Positions 13,201 through 28,200 of a DNA stretch of 62,032 nucleotides are shown in pieces (within the stretch, counting starts at the first letter, position 1; the number at the start of each line of letters is the position of its first letter). The DNA lies in contig NW_024705213.1 in the NCBI RefSeq assembly GCF_018977255.1, positions 1 to 62,032 of the forward strand, given 5' to 3'. Origin of the DNA: Callorhinchus milii (taxonomy: Eukaryota). A program made the position numbers and the translations under genes. The notes under the pieces were generated by a model. That model did not search any database, was not told the origin of the DNA, and saw only the letters and a list, made by a program, of their open reading frames with translations.

Positions 13201-16200
13201 TTTGTTTTTTTATTTCGTCCGAGAGAGTCGATAGTGAGCCCGATACTTACATGCCGCACTAGGATTCGCCTCGATAATCGCGAAGTGCATATAGAGTATC
13301 ACGTCTTTCGTGTGCGCACCCACACCAAATTTAAGCTATCTGCCGCTGTGTCTGAGCGGATGCCCAGTATCTTTGTAAGGAGGTATAATTGCAAGTTATA
13401 AGTGCATTTTCTTTCAGATCCATTTCGCCATTGTGGCCCGACCAACATTCTCACATGCAGATTCAGGGTTCGAGCCCGATCCCTTCATCTGGTAATTTCA
13501 AATACGCGCTCCCTTGTGAATTACCATATAAGAGGAAATGGCGAGACAATATTAGAGAAACTAAGCTTGAATGAGTAGCCGGGAAACGATAAGCATGAGC
13601 GACCGGGGACTCTTTGAAGTAAACGTGGACTAGATAATGGAGCCGCTTGAAGCATCTATACAGCTACGGTCACGGTAATACAATAGCCCGAATTTTTGTA
13701 CATGCCAACGTCATGATTAGGGACGCTTAGAAGCCTGCCCGATGGTTGTGTAAGTTGTTAACAAGACCCGCAGAAACACACGCTCTAGGACCAGCCACTC
13801 CGGGCGATAGGCAGGTCTCGCAGGACAAAGTAAATCCACCCCAACATTGAGATACATCATGACTGTTATAGAAACACGACATTCCCGCGTCTCTATGTCG
13901 CGGTGCAACTCTCACAATTAGAAGCACGCCCTGTAAGGGTACCAAGTCAGCAGGCTTCCCCTGCGGGGCGGGGATACACATATGAGTCGAGCGCATATCT
14001 AAACCATACTATAACCGCGTGGTCAGTGTGTAGTAGTATAAAAATATTGGCTAGTCGTCACGCCCGTTAAAAGAGATCAAATCCACCCACATTACCCGCT
14101 AACTTAGGGGCTACCTTATGCCAATGATGAGGGTCTTGTGGAATTCGGGTGCTCGCGTTACTTCGGCCCATCAAATATAGGCCTGTAGTCGGCTTGCCGC
14201 CACAGACCCGCGCTAACGCTGGTCGGTAGGTGAACAAACACCGGTTTACGGCTCTTGCAGTTTGGTCAATGCAGGATACTCTGAAGTTGTGAGCAGGATG
14301 AGAGAAATGGAAACTTCGCTATCGACTGCACGCCGCCCGATCACTAAGTCTTCCCTCCACGGGGCGGAAATTCATATGTGCCCGTTGCAGCATCTTAATG
14401 CACGAAGCGTCTGTAGAGCCCAATAACCCCAGGATCGTTATCAGCCGAGGCTCGGAGGTACTGGAAAAACTTCTGCAATCCTCGCAAACGGGTATACTCC
14501 CATATACGCCAGTTCCGCGGAGCATTCAGCGAGACGCTATCTCCTCCAGTTTAGTATTCTCAGAAGGTCTGGGGGAGTAAGGGTAGCATCTGCGTACACT
14601 GCGGAGTGGCTCGGAAGAGCCCGTTTCGAGTCGCGATCAGTATTCATTGCTTTTAATGACAGTCCGCCTGTGCGTGTCTGTGTGTGGTTTTTCGACCCCC
14701 ACAAGAGATCCACGTATTGTATAGTTTAACCTGCCTATAAGCCCTGAGCGGAGAAGAGTACACCAAGAGGGTGTGTAACTAGGCCTTTGTAAGCGGTATA
14801 GCTTACTGCGGCACTTCGGTCCTTGTCGGACGATCTATCCATGGGATTTCCGTCAAGATAATCCCCCCCAGAACCGAAAGAGAAGGCAGAAATGAGTCTC
14901 CACAACGGTTTTACCAATCGTCGTGAGCCGGCGAAGACCGAGGGCAAGCGTGCACGGTGGTAGTGGTTTGGGTAGGTAATACAACCCGCTCACAAACGTT
15001 GTATGTCTTATTCGCCCTGCAAACACCGGCATAACACGCTTGGTGACCTCTATGCTCATACGGCCCTTAGTAATTATGATGGAATCGTTTGGTCTCCGAA
15101 AAGAACTCCCCGTCTCGGTCAGCAACACCACTTCTAGAGAACTAAGGGGCTGGAGCATGACCGGAAGATAGCAAACTGTAAACCCTAGTTCCAACATCCC
15201 CACAGTTGAAATGCTGCGAGAGGCAATGGAACCTATCGATGCGTTGAGAGCTGCCGTACAAGATACGCAAAATGAATTCGAAGGTTATCAAATCTCTGGT
15301 GCCTAAAAGGTCTCCTTAAGTCTTCGATACGACACCCTGTTCGGTAGCGAGATACTCACGTTGATCTACAAGAGCGTCGTTTTAGGGTCAAAAGAAGATA
15401 GATTTGCTCTCTAAGCCTATGAGCCATAGCGCTCACTGAGATTGCAGTACCCCTAGTTTGGGAGATGCGACAGTTGGTGGTTTACTCGTGGCCTGGCGCT
15501 TGCTACATGAGAACAGGCGGGTCTGGTTCTCTAAGACCGCAGCGCTACACGTCCGTCGCGTATCAAAGCCTATTGTCAGTTTGCACGGGTGCTTCAACGT
15601 CATCAACCTGTAGGTTCAACCGCTGCAGTAGCTCTCCGCATGCATTGGTTCAGCGTGCTTAGGGGTGGCTATACCACCTTAGTTCTGTACTCACTCTGGA
15701 AATCAACGGCGAGGTATGGTTAAGAATTGCGGACTGCGCGCAAAGCGAAGTCCCCATATTAATGTATACCCGTGCGAACAATGCGTCAAACGAAACGTTC
15801 CAGTCAAGTCGATCCTCTACGTTGTGGGAGCGTGGTGGCCTAGACCCAAACGAATATCCCACAGCAAGGGCTAAAGCTCTTCGGATTTAAGGGCAAATTT
15901 CTGAGGTGCCGCCGTTAACCACTGACTAGCATGCCGTATCACCCGCCCGCGCCAGATCCTTGGTTCCCAAGGTTAGATGTACACAGCCAGCAGAACAGGT
16001 ATCGCCGCCCGGCGTGTGACCGGTTGGGCAGCCACGCGCGTCGCTCCGATACCGTGCAACGCAAGACAAGAAGAGCTGCATGACAAGGCTCGAGAGTCGA
16101 TCCCTTAAGCGAAACAGGAACAACAACTATACAAGTTAGGCTTGTTGTAACATGCTCGGGACCGTTTCCTAAAACGGACGTGTAAGGGGGGGGCGGTATT

Positions 16201-19200
16201 ACATTGTTAAAGGTAGTCGATTCGGAGTTCTATGCCTGGGCTTAGACTGAGGTGACTTTACAGCGCTCCCCCCACGCACACGCTATCTTCTAACGCTATA
16301 TGGTTCTACTCCGTTGAAATATCGGGACCCAATTGTCACCAGCACACGCATTTTCGTACTGGGGGACATATGTGTGTTTTGGCCGGTCCAACTCACAGGT
16401 AACTTCAGATCCGACAGTCCCATGTCCTTTGCAGTATCCCGACCTTCAAAGAAGGTGTTCTTTTTTCTCCAGTACTTCGTTTTACATTTTGTCCAAGGGT
16501 CCGAGACGAGGCGGGGGGCAAAGAATGAGTCACTAGACGAGACAATTAGCGTTTAACGTATATGGATACATAAAAACGCACCATCCTCTACTTTTGTTAT
16601 CGAGCCGTTGCTGCCCCCCAAGGTGGCTCTTGGAGCTCGCATGTTTGAATTACTTCAGGACTGAGGAACTTCTTAGAAGATATCGGCAACAGGTAAAGTC
16701 GGATACGGTGTGAGGTCTCCTAAAAAGCTTTTCTGGGGGAAGTGTGTATTCGTCTCGAGGTGCGCTATAGTCGAGCGATGGGATTGGGAAGCGTCCATAC
16801 TCGGGAGGTCAAGCATGCCGCATTATAACGTAGGACCATTGACGGCGTCGACGATTAGGGCTGCTAGTAGACATCGCTCGGATATACGTTCTTAAACGAC
16901 TGTTTTTAATGACAAAACTAGGCTTGGGCTGTACTGGTCCGGGTTATCGCGGGTCAGCATGTTCCGACTCCTATAACTTATCCCTCGCACCTGTACGCCG
17001 TCTAATCCGCAAAATCTTAATGCTTGGGTAGATCGCACTCCAAATTACCTAGCAGACCGCATGCTCTCGCTACGGGCCATAAATAGGTCGGCCCATGTTA
17101 TTTCGTGTCTAAGAATCGCGCAAACTCGGTGCTACCCACTCTTACAAAAGAAGACCGTGCCAAGGGTCCTCACCTTTCGTCTTTCCTCTTAGTCCCAATC
17201 GCTCAAAGTTGTTGACTGAAGCGTCAAAGCGAAACTACATGCGGCAAACTGGATCACTTCAATGTACTCTGCAAACATCGCCCCCCTGCACCGTACATCT
17301 GGGTAAACTGTAGAAAGACAGTCGCCTATCATTTTAATTTAACGAATTCTTTAAAGTGAATTCTAAGGTGCAGCAGAATAAGAGTGGACCAAGCCGCCCC
17401 AGCAAGCCTTGGCCAATCTAGCTCGACCACCCAACCAGCATATTCTACGCGTAGTCCGATTTATCACATGTAATCACCTGTTGTCCTCTGGAGCCCACCC
17501 CTATAAAACACCGCTGTGGTTGTATTCTTGGTTCGAGTCTGTGAGGCTGGCTAATGTTTGGAAGTGGTATCGAGTGGGATTAGGAGTTATGGAGAATACA
17601 AAGCTGGCGCGTTCCCGGCTTACAACGGTTTTGCAAGCGGAGCTCCTAAATGACTACGAACCCATCGTGGTATTTTCTCAACAAAGACTGATTGGCTAAC
17701 CAGTAATCGGCCCAGAATGGCCATGAAATCTTGTTTTGCGAGAGATTGTGCCCCTGTCGTGCACTACGGGTAGCGACTCTGTGAACCAAACACTTCGCAC
17801 AGCAATAGACATTCACGTCGATTTTTGGTTACGATGAAAAAAACTCTCGTGATTGGATGTTTCATACTGTTTCAGCGGGTCGGTCGTCCCGGTGCTTGTC
17901 TGCTACTTTGATCGACTGGTGTACTGCGCGCTATAGTCTAAGGGAAGCTAGGTATAGTGCAACGGTAATACCGACCCGAGATTCCACGGGTCACGGCAGT
18001 GCTGACCTACCTATGATACCTCATAATGTCAACGTAATTCACAGTCGTGAAACGTATCGACAGTGTCGAGAATCTCTCAGGACCAGAGTGAGGACCGAGG
18101 GTAACTCTAAACTTTGGAGCCAACCGGCTTACTGCCCACAACGAGGCTATAAAACCTACCTCTACGTTCTATTAGGCAACGACCAACTACTACGCAGCCT
18201 ATGCCTTGGGTAATTCATAGTCAGTTGCGGAACTAGGAACGCGCACGAGTGCGCAGGGTAGAGTTGACCGTTAGGTCTTAAAAATCGCTCACGACTAGTA
18301 CTACGATCTTGTTTTAAGGATCTGTATTATCAACAGCCAGCATAGTATCGGCTGGAATCTGTGTGTGCGCGTCGCGTCTTCGTATCCCAGCGTGAATCGA
18401 GTTCAGGTTTATATCGCGGTACATAGAACTGGCATGAGCGCATTAAGTGGTTGCTAACTGGGGAGTAGCCACAACACTGTCGGTCAGCGAAAAAGCTAAG
18501 ATACTAACATAAGAGCTCTTAGTTTCATCATTTGTCGATCGACTCGGCGTCATTCACCCGCTAGATCTACAACCGCCACGAGCGCAGCCATGGCCAGCTC
18601 GTAAGTGAGTGCTCCCCGATAAGAACTGGATTAATAACGACACTCTCTAAATGATGGCTACTCCTAAAAATCAAGCGAAAGAACATTTATGATCAGGTCA
18701 AAGCGGTGAAACCTACTTTCGGTAAATCTCAATCGAAGTCAGCGCGCTCACCGGCCCCCTCGGGATTTAAGCGGCAAATCCATGTTCGCTACGTACGTCA
18801 TAGGACACAGCCCGGTAACTGCGCCTCCGGCGCCGAGTGTGAGAAGGAGGGCCTAGGGTAACATTCGTGAAATTCCTACAATATCGCACTCAGGATTCAT
18901 ATAGGGGACCCGGACCAGCAAGGCGTGCTGTGTCATTTCTGGCAATGGTTTGTGATTGAACTTACCCTCCGCTCGTTCCGTCTAGAACGCCCGGCTGATG
19001 CTATCCTTGAACATTTATTAGATTTCTTTAATCCAGTAGGAGCATAAATCTGCGTAGTGTCGCGAGAAAGCCCGACAACAAGAACGGCCAAGTTAGTTCC
19101 CATTGGGCTCAGTCATAGCAGTATTCGCCGGAAGGAAAGTATAGCGGCAATAGGACCGCCTACGATCGCCTAATTTGGAGCACCCCGAGCGCTCAACTAA

Positions 19201-22200
19201 AGAGGATCTGTGATAGCGGGGCACCAGGGAATCTGGCACTGCAAAAACCGTTAACATGGCAGATTAGCACGTATTTATAAGTTGATGCCCTTGGCTTTAC
19301 ACATGTTTTTGTCGAACCATTAGCTGTTTTGTAATTCCAACTGTCTGAGGTAAAGGCAATTATCGTGTGGTGCTTCGAGATCGTATAGTGCAGCGAGTTA
19401 CATGACTGGTATTAGTTTTCTTTAACATCATTTTCTTAATTATCTGGAACCGTGGCATTCTCCCGGAATGCTCCGGCGAGAATGTATTCCTTGACAATAC
19501 CGATTTTAGTGTTGCGATGTACGCGAAGAGGACTTGAAAAGAGCTGCGTCGTACCGATCGCTATGAATGGCAATTAGAATGCGCTTCGATGCATCATCGC
19601 TGAAAGCTTCCCAGCCGGGTCTCTGCAGGCCTCTAACCTATTTCAGCCTCATGCCTACACCCCTTGTGTGTAGCAAATGAAGTAAGCTACAATTCCAAAC
19701 TACCACGACGATGGCCCAGAAGCAAGCCTGCGAGACACTGATATAAGCTGTAACCGATAATTAATAGATTTCTTGAAGATCTACGTGATCGGGCCTGGGC
19801 CTCGACTGATTTCAAACTTAAGCGGGATACCTTCCTAACCCAATGTTCTTCCCGCTTATTGACAATCGGTACTGATACCACCTTGAGTGTCATACTCTAT
19901 TAGCATGGAGCACATTGCTGACGCTGTCAATCTTGACACATATTAACCAATTCCTAGCCGTTATTAAATCGGCAAAATCGTTTTGATTGTGCTATAAGGT
20001 GCCTCTGCGGCGACGTGGCACTGGGAGTCCAATCCCTGATATAAATGACCGGTCACATCTCAACGCTGGAGACGGATTGAGAGGAATGGAGTAAGCCTAA
20101 AGACGCCGTGGTGCCCACGTATTCGCTTATGAGAGCCACCTTCTTGTTCGGATGCGGTGTGTGCGCGTGCACTAATAAGAAACATAGCACCGCTTAAAAT
20201 TGATCGTAATGGCTACAAGGAATTAGTATACAAACGTCCAGTCTTCTGTATCGAGTCGAGTAAATTTAAGCACTCAAAAAAACCTGCGCGTTTGTCGTGC
20301 CGTACTCAATATTCTATTGTTAAGATTGCGCCACATATAAAGAAGTAGGCTACAGTCAACCAATAGGGCCATCGTAATGGGGCTGTATACTTGGATTAAA
20401 AACTACGTACTATTCAGTGGAGTTGTAGCTGAAAGTTCAGTCTCGAACCAGAGTGCTAGGTGTTATGTCACATGTCAAAGATGTTCGAGCTTTACCACCG
20501 GGTACAAACCCTCTTGCCGCAGAACAGGGATAATGCTTTAAACCCAAGAATAGAGTCGTAACTGCATTGTGTGGCTATGCGTGTTTAGTCATTTGATATA
20601 TCTACTCCTCGGTACTTAGTCCCTGCTGTGAGCTTAGCTTCTAGATCCGTACCCGACCAAGTTGGGATATCTCTCACCTTTCTTAGGAGTGAAATTTCCC
20701 TCATTGACATATCAGATTTATGATCGCATGACATTCTGGATAACCACTAAACTCTCCACTGATGTCATCGTTACGTGCTAAGGTAAATACCACTAGCGGG
20801 TCCTTATGGCAGGTGATACCATAATGGTTAAGGGTTAACTGTCTAAATCCTGCCGAGGTTATAGACCTGCCACTCTGGGCCCTGCACGTTGGGCAACCAA
20901 GTCCGGGTAGATCATGTATGGAATGGTAGTGAGACGACGTCATAGCGATGCCGATTAAGTCATTGTGGTCATTGACGAGAGCAATTAGATAGCTCTCTTT
21001 ACTCGTTCTGAGTGGATGGGCAATAAAGAACCTATAATTACCTATCCTAAAAATGTTTGGAGAGACCCATGAGGGGTTTAGAGATATCCACACTTTGCGG
21101 CGCGCCGTTTACGCCTGAGCTCGTTAAAAGAATCCCTCAAGTCACGATCGCCCACCTGACGTCCAGATTGGTAAAAGTAACATCATACCGTCCCACGAAG
21201 AGCATTCCGGGGTCTGGTTAGTCAGGCCCTCCGAAATACGCGCCATGGCGCCCATGTGCCTCTGACAAGTATGGAAACCGCGTCATTCAGTACTTGGCTC
21301 ACCCGCTGGTTCCCTGTGTCTCATAAAGACAGAACCCCTGTGGACAAATACACGAAACATCAGAGGCCACCGTTCTTCGGGGAAGTCAGGCAGTGGATGG
21401 AGGGATATTGGCAAGAGTGGAGATGAGTGATAAAAAAGGCTCTCAGAGGAGTTCCCCAAGACGGCTACGCTTGTATGCCGAGAGAGGGGGTTTCGAGTCT
21501 CTTTAGCTGAAGCTCTGATGATGCGCTGAGAGCCTCAACACGGACGCACCGGTCGCACGTCGAGAACGCACCGATTAGGTATTGGCATTTCTGCGTGTTT
21601 CGCATTCCGCAGCGAGTGGATAATCGCACTCATGCAAAGGATAGAACCAAAGACGGCTCATCGGAACCGAAACACCCAGGTAAGGTGCTGCTAGCGTAAA
21701 AGATGTTGCAGCTGAAGGAAGAAAGTACTTCCAATACTAAAAACACGGATCCTTAGAAGACCACTAAGCCGATCAATGCAAGCGCCATTTTAGGTTGATC
21801 TAAGATGTGTTAACTACTTGGATCAAGCAGTCCAGAGTCCCCATTTCAATGTCTTTCAATGGGGTTTCGTGGGCAATCGGTAAGCGGAACAGGTCACCTA
21901 TACCTGAGGAGCGGCAACTGGGAGCGTTGGAATCCATTACGCCTATGGTTTTTCTACTATATTAAGACGGGTGTCCAGGCTGCTTTACCTTTAATAGCTA
22001 CGATAAGAAATCTATGTGTACATCCGCCATGTACTGTACACAGCGATCAGTATTTCCCACTCCAACGGTGGCTTAGGTCATATCCAGGAAACACACAGTG
22101 CGCTTTTTAATGAACTTTAACATGCCACGACGGGTGATTAAACCGATAGACTTAATCTGATGGAAACTAGGACCAATTTCACAACTAAGTCCGTGTCATT

Positions 22201-25200
22201 AGCAGCCAATCACCGAGCGTATCATATCTTATAAGAGGGAATCGTCTACAGCCTAAACTAGCTGAGACGATACGAGAAGCAGCGGTGGGGTGAATTATGT
22301 CAGAATTCGCAGTGCGGGTACGTGACTACGTATGTGAGGAATCTAGGACGGGTATAAGGTGCACATCATCCGTAAAACGTCGTTTGTCAGTGCGTGCACC
22401 ATAGGCGCTCCTCGTTTGGACGGCAGACCTTGCGAGATGCACTTAGCCGAGCTATAGTTGTTAACTAGAGGTTGAAAGTAGATCTTGTTGTACGGTTATA
22501 CCCATATCCGGTAGGGCCAAAAAGAGCAGAGGGACGATCAAGCCATACGAAACCCAATCCTGTGACTTAGAGCTGTTAGTGAGCGACCGCCGGCTTGGCC
22601 ACAAATTCCAATCCACGGGGTCGCCATAAATGCTTTCTATATAGCGATCCGTATATCGCCAGGTCTAATCGTTCTAGTTTTTCAGACGACGACAGAACTA
22701 TTGGGTGCTATCTGGATATTTTCTTACGAGATGTAGCGTCTGACTTTATAGGAACTGCCTCGACTAACTTTTATGTCCACCAATACTACCGCCTGACACT
22801 ATCGTATTGGAGTCCGGACTCTGAAAAATTTCTTTGCGAGTAGCCCCAAGGACGTACCTCGCCAACAGACCAACTGATGCAGCGCCTACTCCGAGTCGAA
22901 ACGAGGCCACGTGTCGAGAAGAGCTGTTCCTGATAGTCTGATCAGCGCCCCCCGTATTCACCCCTCGTCACGTGTCGGAACACGAGCTAGCTATATTGGC
23001 TGATATCTTACCATTTCGGGTCGGCACTTATGACCGATGATGATCTGCCCTCGGTCCGGAAGGCCGCGTTCTACTATATCTCCCAAAAAGACATCTTAGC
23101 GACGATGTGCCCGGCCTGGAAGTCTCATGTATACAATGCATATACATAACTCATTTACAATTCTGGACCCAGACGCGTTTTCATGCGCTACAGAGTGATT
23201 TGTGTCCCTGCTATCGGCTACATTCACAGAGGGCGCTCGGAGGCGGCTGCCTCGTCTAGTCATAAGAGTGTTGTTGAACGTACATGGCATAACAGATCCC
23301 TCATCAAATTCCCGGTGTCTCTCAGCTCCATCTGCTCGGTCTACTTCTTTAGGTAACCGAGAAGCATGCCCAGAGGGATGAAATCCGTAAACGCTAGAGC
23401 GGAAGTTAATCGGGAAGTCTTGAAAATCCGATTGTGTCAAGAATCCGGGACATTCGAGAGAGCATGAGTGTCATCTGAAGACCCGTGAAATAAACGTTGT
23501 TAGCAGTTTATAACTGAGACACCGGCTAGCTCTCGCAGATTTCCCAATACTGTCATAGTAGGTTAAGGTACTCTCGGCCGAACGGATTTTGATAGAGTAT
23601 GCCTTGCCACAGCTATACGAGCGATCGTAGTCACGGAGTTCGGAAGCTGTATGGCATTTCCGGTTCATGGGCTTCAAAAAAGTCAGGCCCTGATGTGCTA
23701 CGGTAGTATAACTCTCCTGTAGCCGCAAGCAATTTCGGGCGGCTAGGACCATATTTATACTGCTCAAGGCTCGGCCCGCCAGCACAGCATTTTGGGCATA
23801 CCCCATTTAGGACCCCCGGAGTAATACCTTCTTGGGCTATAATTCATGAAGTAATTGGAAATCGGTATCTGAGGGGATTACGTGAATAGCTACGTTCACT
23901 TAATCCGAGAGCTATCACGATACGGTACCAGGAATGCTGCCTAACAACTCTCGTAGCAAAAATAGTATCCATTGCGTCCAAGGAGTAGCCCCCTCAGATG
24001 GTACTGCCGAAGAGTCCTGCTCGCTATCCGATCGGCATAAATGGGTCTATGGTCCTTGAAGCCGCGATAGCCGGGAATTAGACCTATCGCGTCATCCCAG
24101 GATAGACGTAGGTTCAATAACATGGTTTGTCTGCTAGTGCGCCGTTTTTCCGCTTCCCGGGGGGGCCTCCTATTTCAGATTTCGCTACGGGCGGTCATCA
24201 ATCCCGACTTGTATTCAAGTAAGAGGGATACGCGGTCTAGCTGTGCGATGTATGTCCGATTAGCCAGTTATGTGTCTTACCAGCACTAGAGATGCCGCAA
24301 TACTGCATCACTGATGGACTATTACCCGAGCAGTAAATGGTGACATGTTTCTCGACTGCGAGATGATATCGTTGCTTGACCCGTCGAGTGCGCCCTTCCA
24401 ATCCGCCTCAGACACTCCGAACTGGTCATAATGTTGCTAATCTGGAGTCCCAGCTGGCACAGCTCAGATCGTCAAAGTCAGGCCTAGTTATACGTGATTT
24501 ACGCGGCGTACTAAATAGATTGCGATGGTGGTCACAGGTCCGCCTGAATGTCGGCTGGTGTAAGGCAATGCATGGGGTTACTCTTCGTGCCAGAGGGCAT
24601 GCCTACAGGCGTTAGCGGCCTGTCCATATTCGCGAACCCCCAAGTGCAATCTGGTCACGAGAACTCGGTAAGAGAATTCGTACATCCTACGTCCGGTAAA
24701 TGCGTTCCGCCCCAGCCATTATGCGAGGTCTGCCTATCACGCATAGACCACTTAGTCGGCATAATCATCCCAAGGGTCATGCGGTTTGTGACGGCGCAGT
24801 TGCCTCCTCCTATCTGCAGAGCCCGAATGTTAAAGCGAGCAATTTCCTTAGTGCGAACTTGGATCGTAGCTCTATTTCACTGGGCTTAGTGCCTTTTAGG
24901 TCACAGCTTCTCTCTGGCACTTTCTGTTCTTCATCTATAGGTTCTTTGCCTTGTGAGAGGTTAACTCTAGTTGAGACTGGCGGCTCGTCGAGTAAGTTTC
25001 GAGCGCATCGGTCGCGGCGCGTGGAATGCACCACCTCCCCATAGGGGTATTGGTAAATACGATTTATAGATGATATATGCCAATAGGTCCTAAATGGTAT
25101 GTTATCCAAGCATACGACATAGTACGTGACATGGCAACTCGCGCTTCGTGTTCTCGGCCTCATTAAATGCGTCGTCAGAAGGTTGCGGGAACGATACACG

Positions 25201-28200
25201 TCCTCAAAGGGCCAAACGGACCTTGACCCTCGCTTTTTGACCAGTGGCTAGTCAAACTATTAGGCAAGTTTGATCAAGTCACGAGGGGTATTGATTCACA
25301 ATACCTAGGCGACCGGACGGGTCGATGTTTAATCATGGTCTTTAAGCCTCCAGGGTATGAATATTAGGGCTTAAGGTAGCCACAAAGCCCCGGTCAGCCG
25401 GCAGCTTGACTATGTATGGTTAGCGGATCGATTCACCGCGGCTAATTAGCCACAAACCTAGTATAGGGGCCGGTAAGGGAATCGAGGTTGTTCAAGCAGA
25501 TAAAGGAGGGTGGGTGTTGTGCAGTTGAATTATGGTAAAGCACATACTGCTCGTTATATACGACTTCGATTAAATGTATATAGCAACCCAATCTCGCTTT
25601 GTTAGGCACGTTGCAGTCCGGGACCTGACCCGGGACTGTAAAAATTTGTCCAACGTAGATAACTTAGGAGTCAGCAAGCACTGTTATGGCCCGGCACCAG
25701 CCAGACACATGGTGACCAGATCTCAGGAGTACTGGGACTCCCGAAGTAGAGAGGCTTAGCCGGATATGTACATCACACGACATTGTAGGCCGTGTTCTCA
25801 CCCTCGAATTCGACCCGCCTCGCAGGGAAACTTGGACTCAGACCGGTACCATAAATAGTGGATATGAAAGTCCATCATTGGCGTGGTAATGGGCTGGCCG
25901 TGACACGTCTAGGGATGATCTAGAGGATCCCCCAATAGCGGTGCGTGGGAATCGCAGGTTCAATTCCGGCTTCAGTACCCGGGTAATGGAGTCAACACCG
26001 ACATCGGTCATCATCTATTACTCTGAGGTAGTAGAAGTAGTGTATGTAGCGACATTATTCTATAACGTGAGCCGTTTATGCCGCTAAAGGTTGATCTGTT
26101 GATGTGGAGCAATGTCACCGCTCGGTGCGGGAAACTTTCCGTCGAACTTATCGTTCCCCCGATGGTACAGCTATTGGAGTCCCCATAGGGAACCCTGGTC
26201 CCCCCTTCAGCAATACAGCTCTTGCCTGCGACGTGAGGTCGAAGATAGAAGTCGAGGTCTCTGGTTTAAATCCCAGGAAACGTCATCCATTTTTCTGTCC
26301 GAGCTTTCCTTCAAGGGGGGCTTACCCTTGAAGCGTACCGCTGTTCGGCTCCCCAGTCGCATATAAGTCGAACCCCCACAACCATGCTATAGGTAGCACC
26401 CCCAAGTTCTTGAACTTTGGTGCGACATAGAGTAGACTTCATGTTGAAGCTAACGAAGACTACCCTCACCACATCATCTGCTCGTCTTTGAATTTGACGT
26501 CGTCCAACCTCCGAAGACGTACGGTCAGTACGTAGATCTGTTTCCCCGGCGCTAGGGGCATAGAGGATAGATATATTTGCACCAATTGTGGACTTACACG
26601 CGCATGTCTAACATCAGACACTGCATGGTGAAACCTGCCTCCGTTGTAGCAAGCAGTATCCGGATGTGGCGGCGATAAAGAATTATTCTTTTAGAAATAC
26701 TGGTAAGATTGGCTGTATCTCAGACAAAAGGCACGAGGGGATATCGGGCTGTAGGACTCATCAACACGGCCGCGATGCTTGGGCCCGACGACTCTCGCTG
26801 TTACGTAGCTTTAGGACCTGAAAATTCTCTTGACCATGTCCGCATTAAACACATGCTGAACCTCGCTAAGACAGGCTTGCGCAACATTCCTGCGTTAATG
26901 CGCACTATTCGCTTGTCTACAAAAACAAGCTCAAAGATGCACGTGTGTAGTTTATGTCAGTAAGTAACTTACCTTTGTCGCTGCAGGACAATGACGGTAG
27001 CAATGGTCATTCCTGTACCGGTGCCCCTTAAAGAAACCATGGCAGTTTTGGACCATGGTGAATTCAGTATTGCGGGAGAAACTCGCAGGTCTCAATTAAA
27101 AAGGATTACATTAAATATGGCCGACCTGCCACCTTCTGGTCCTTAAACCCAAAATCGAGCTCAAGGGGGATTGAGAACGCTCGGACAATAACCGTTGGGT
27201 GAGCTACTGGAGCGATGGAGAACCGTTCCTTAAGACCATGCCACCCGAGATATTTTAAGTCATCTGGGTCTTGGGAGTGGGGCGCTGAACCAAACGGTGC
27301 ATGATATAAGCTCCTGTCGGTCATGCGGTGGATACAATTCTAGTATAGGGGTCAGAGTGGTAGTTAAGGACATACCTTGAATCTCAGCATACTTTTCGAA
27401 GTACAGGACTGAGTGTGAAAACGATTTTAGCCCTTACGCGCGAGATCGCCGGCAATCAAACATTCCCCCGTTCAGGTATTTGACTAACACGTTAAAATCA
27501 ATGGATTTGCAGGGAGATAATCTAACGTGAAACTCATTGTCGTTCCTACAGTGGCGCAATTTTCGTGTCTAAAAGACCGTCTCACAATCCTACTACAAAG
27601 AGGAACGCGAATGATGGGGTTGTACGGTCACCGCCGCTGTGTGCAGGCGGAGAGGAAGGAGTGCTCTATGCGGACGAATCTCGTTTACGCCTCACAAGGA
27701 GCGAAACGGCAAGTATAGCACGCAGGGGCGCTTAAGTTCTCGCTCGTTCAAAACCGTATAGCGAGCTGTCCAGAGTTACGTCCTTTACTTTGGATGTCCG
27801 TTAGACCCTGCCGATATCGTTTATCGGGCTGGGCCGCAGGATAGAACAGGAGAAAACAGGAAATACGGGCTCCACGGGGCTGACGTCCGTCTGCAACACA
27901 GGCCCCGATACCCTTAATTAGCACGGTCGAGGATCAGCACACATTTTATCTCTGAGGGTCTGGGGCACATCGACTGTCCCAGTTCGCCGTAGAAAGCGAC
28001 ACGCTTTGTAAGAATATACAGCGCCGGTCGGGTCGTAGCATACTGGGAGATTACAGAGGTTCTATCACCAGGACCGCCTAGTTCCCCGGCGTCCGATTCA
28101 GTGTGATAAGCTTCTGTTAGTGCTGAGTAAGTAGCCAGTTGCAACGGATTCTAGCCACCTTAAGATGCGAATCCAACCAAGGGAGCCCTGTAAACTGCAT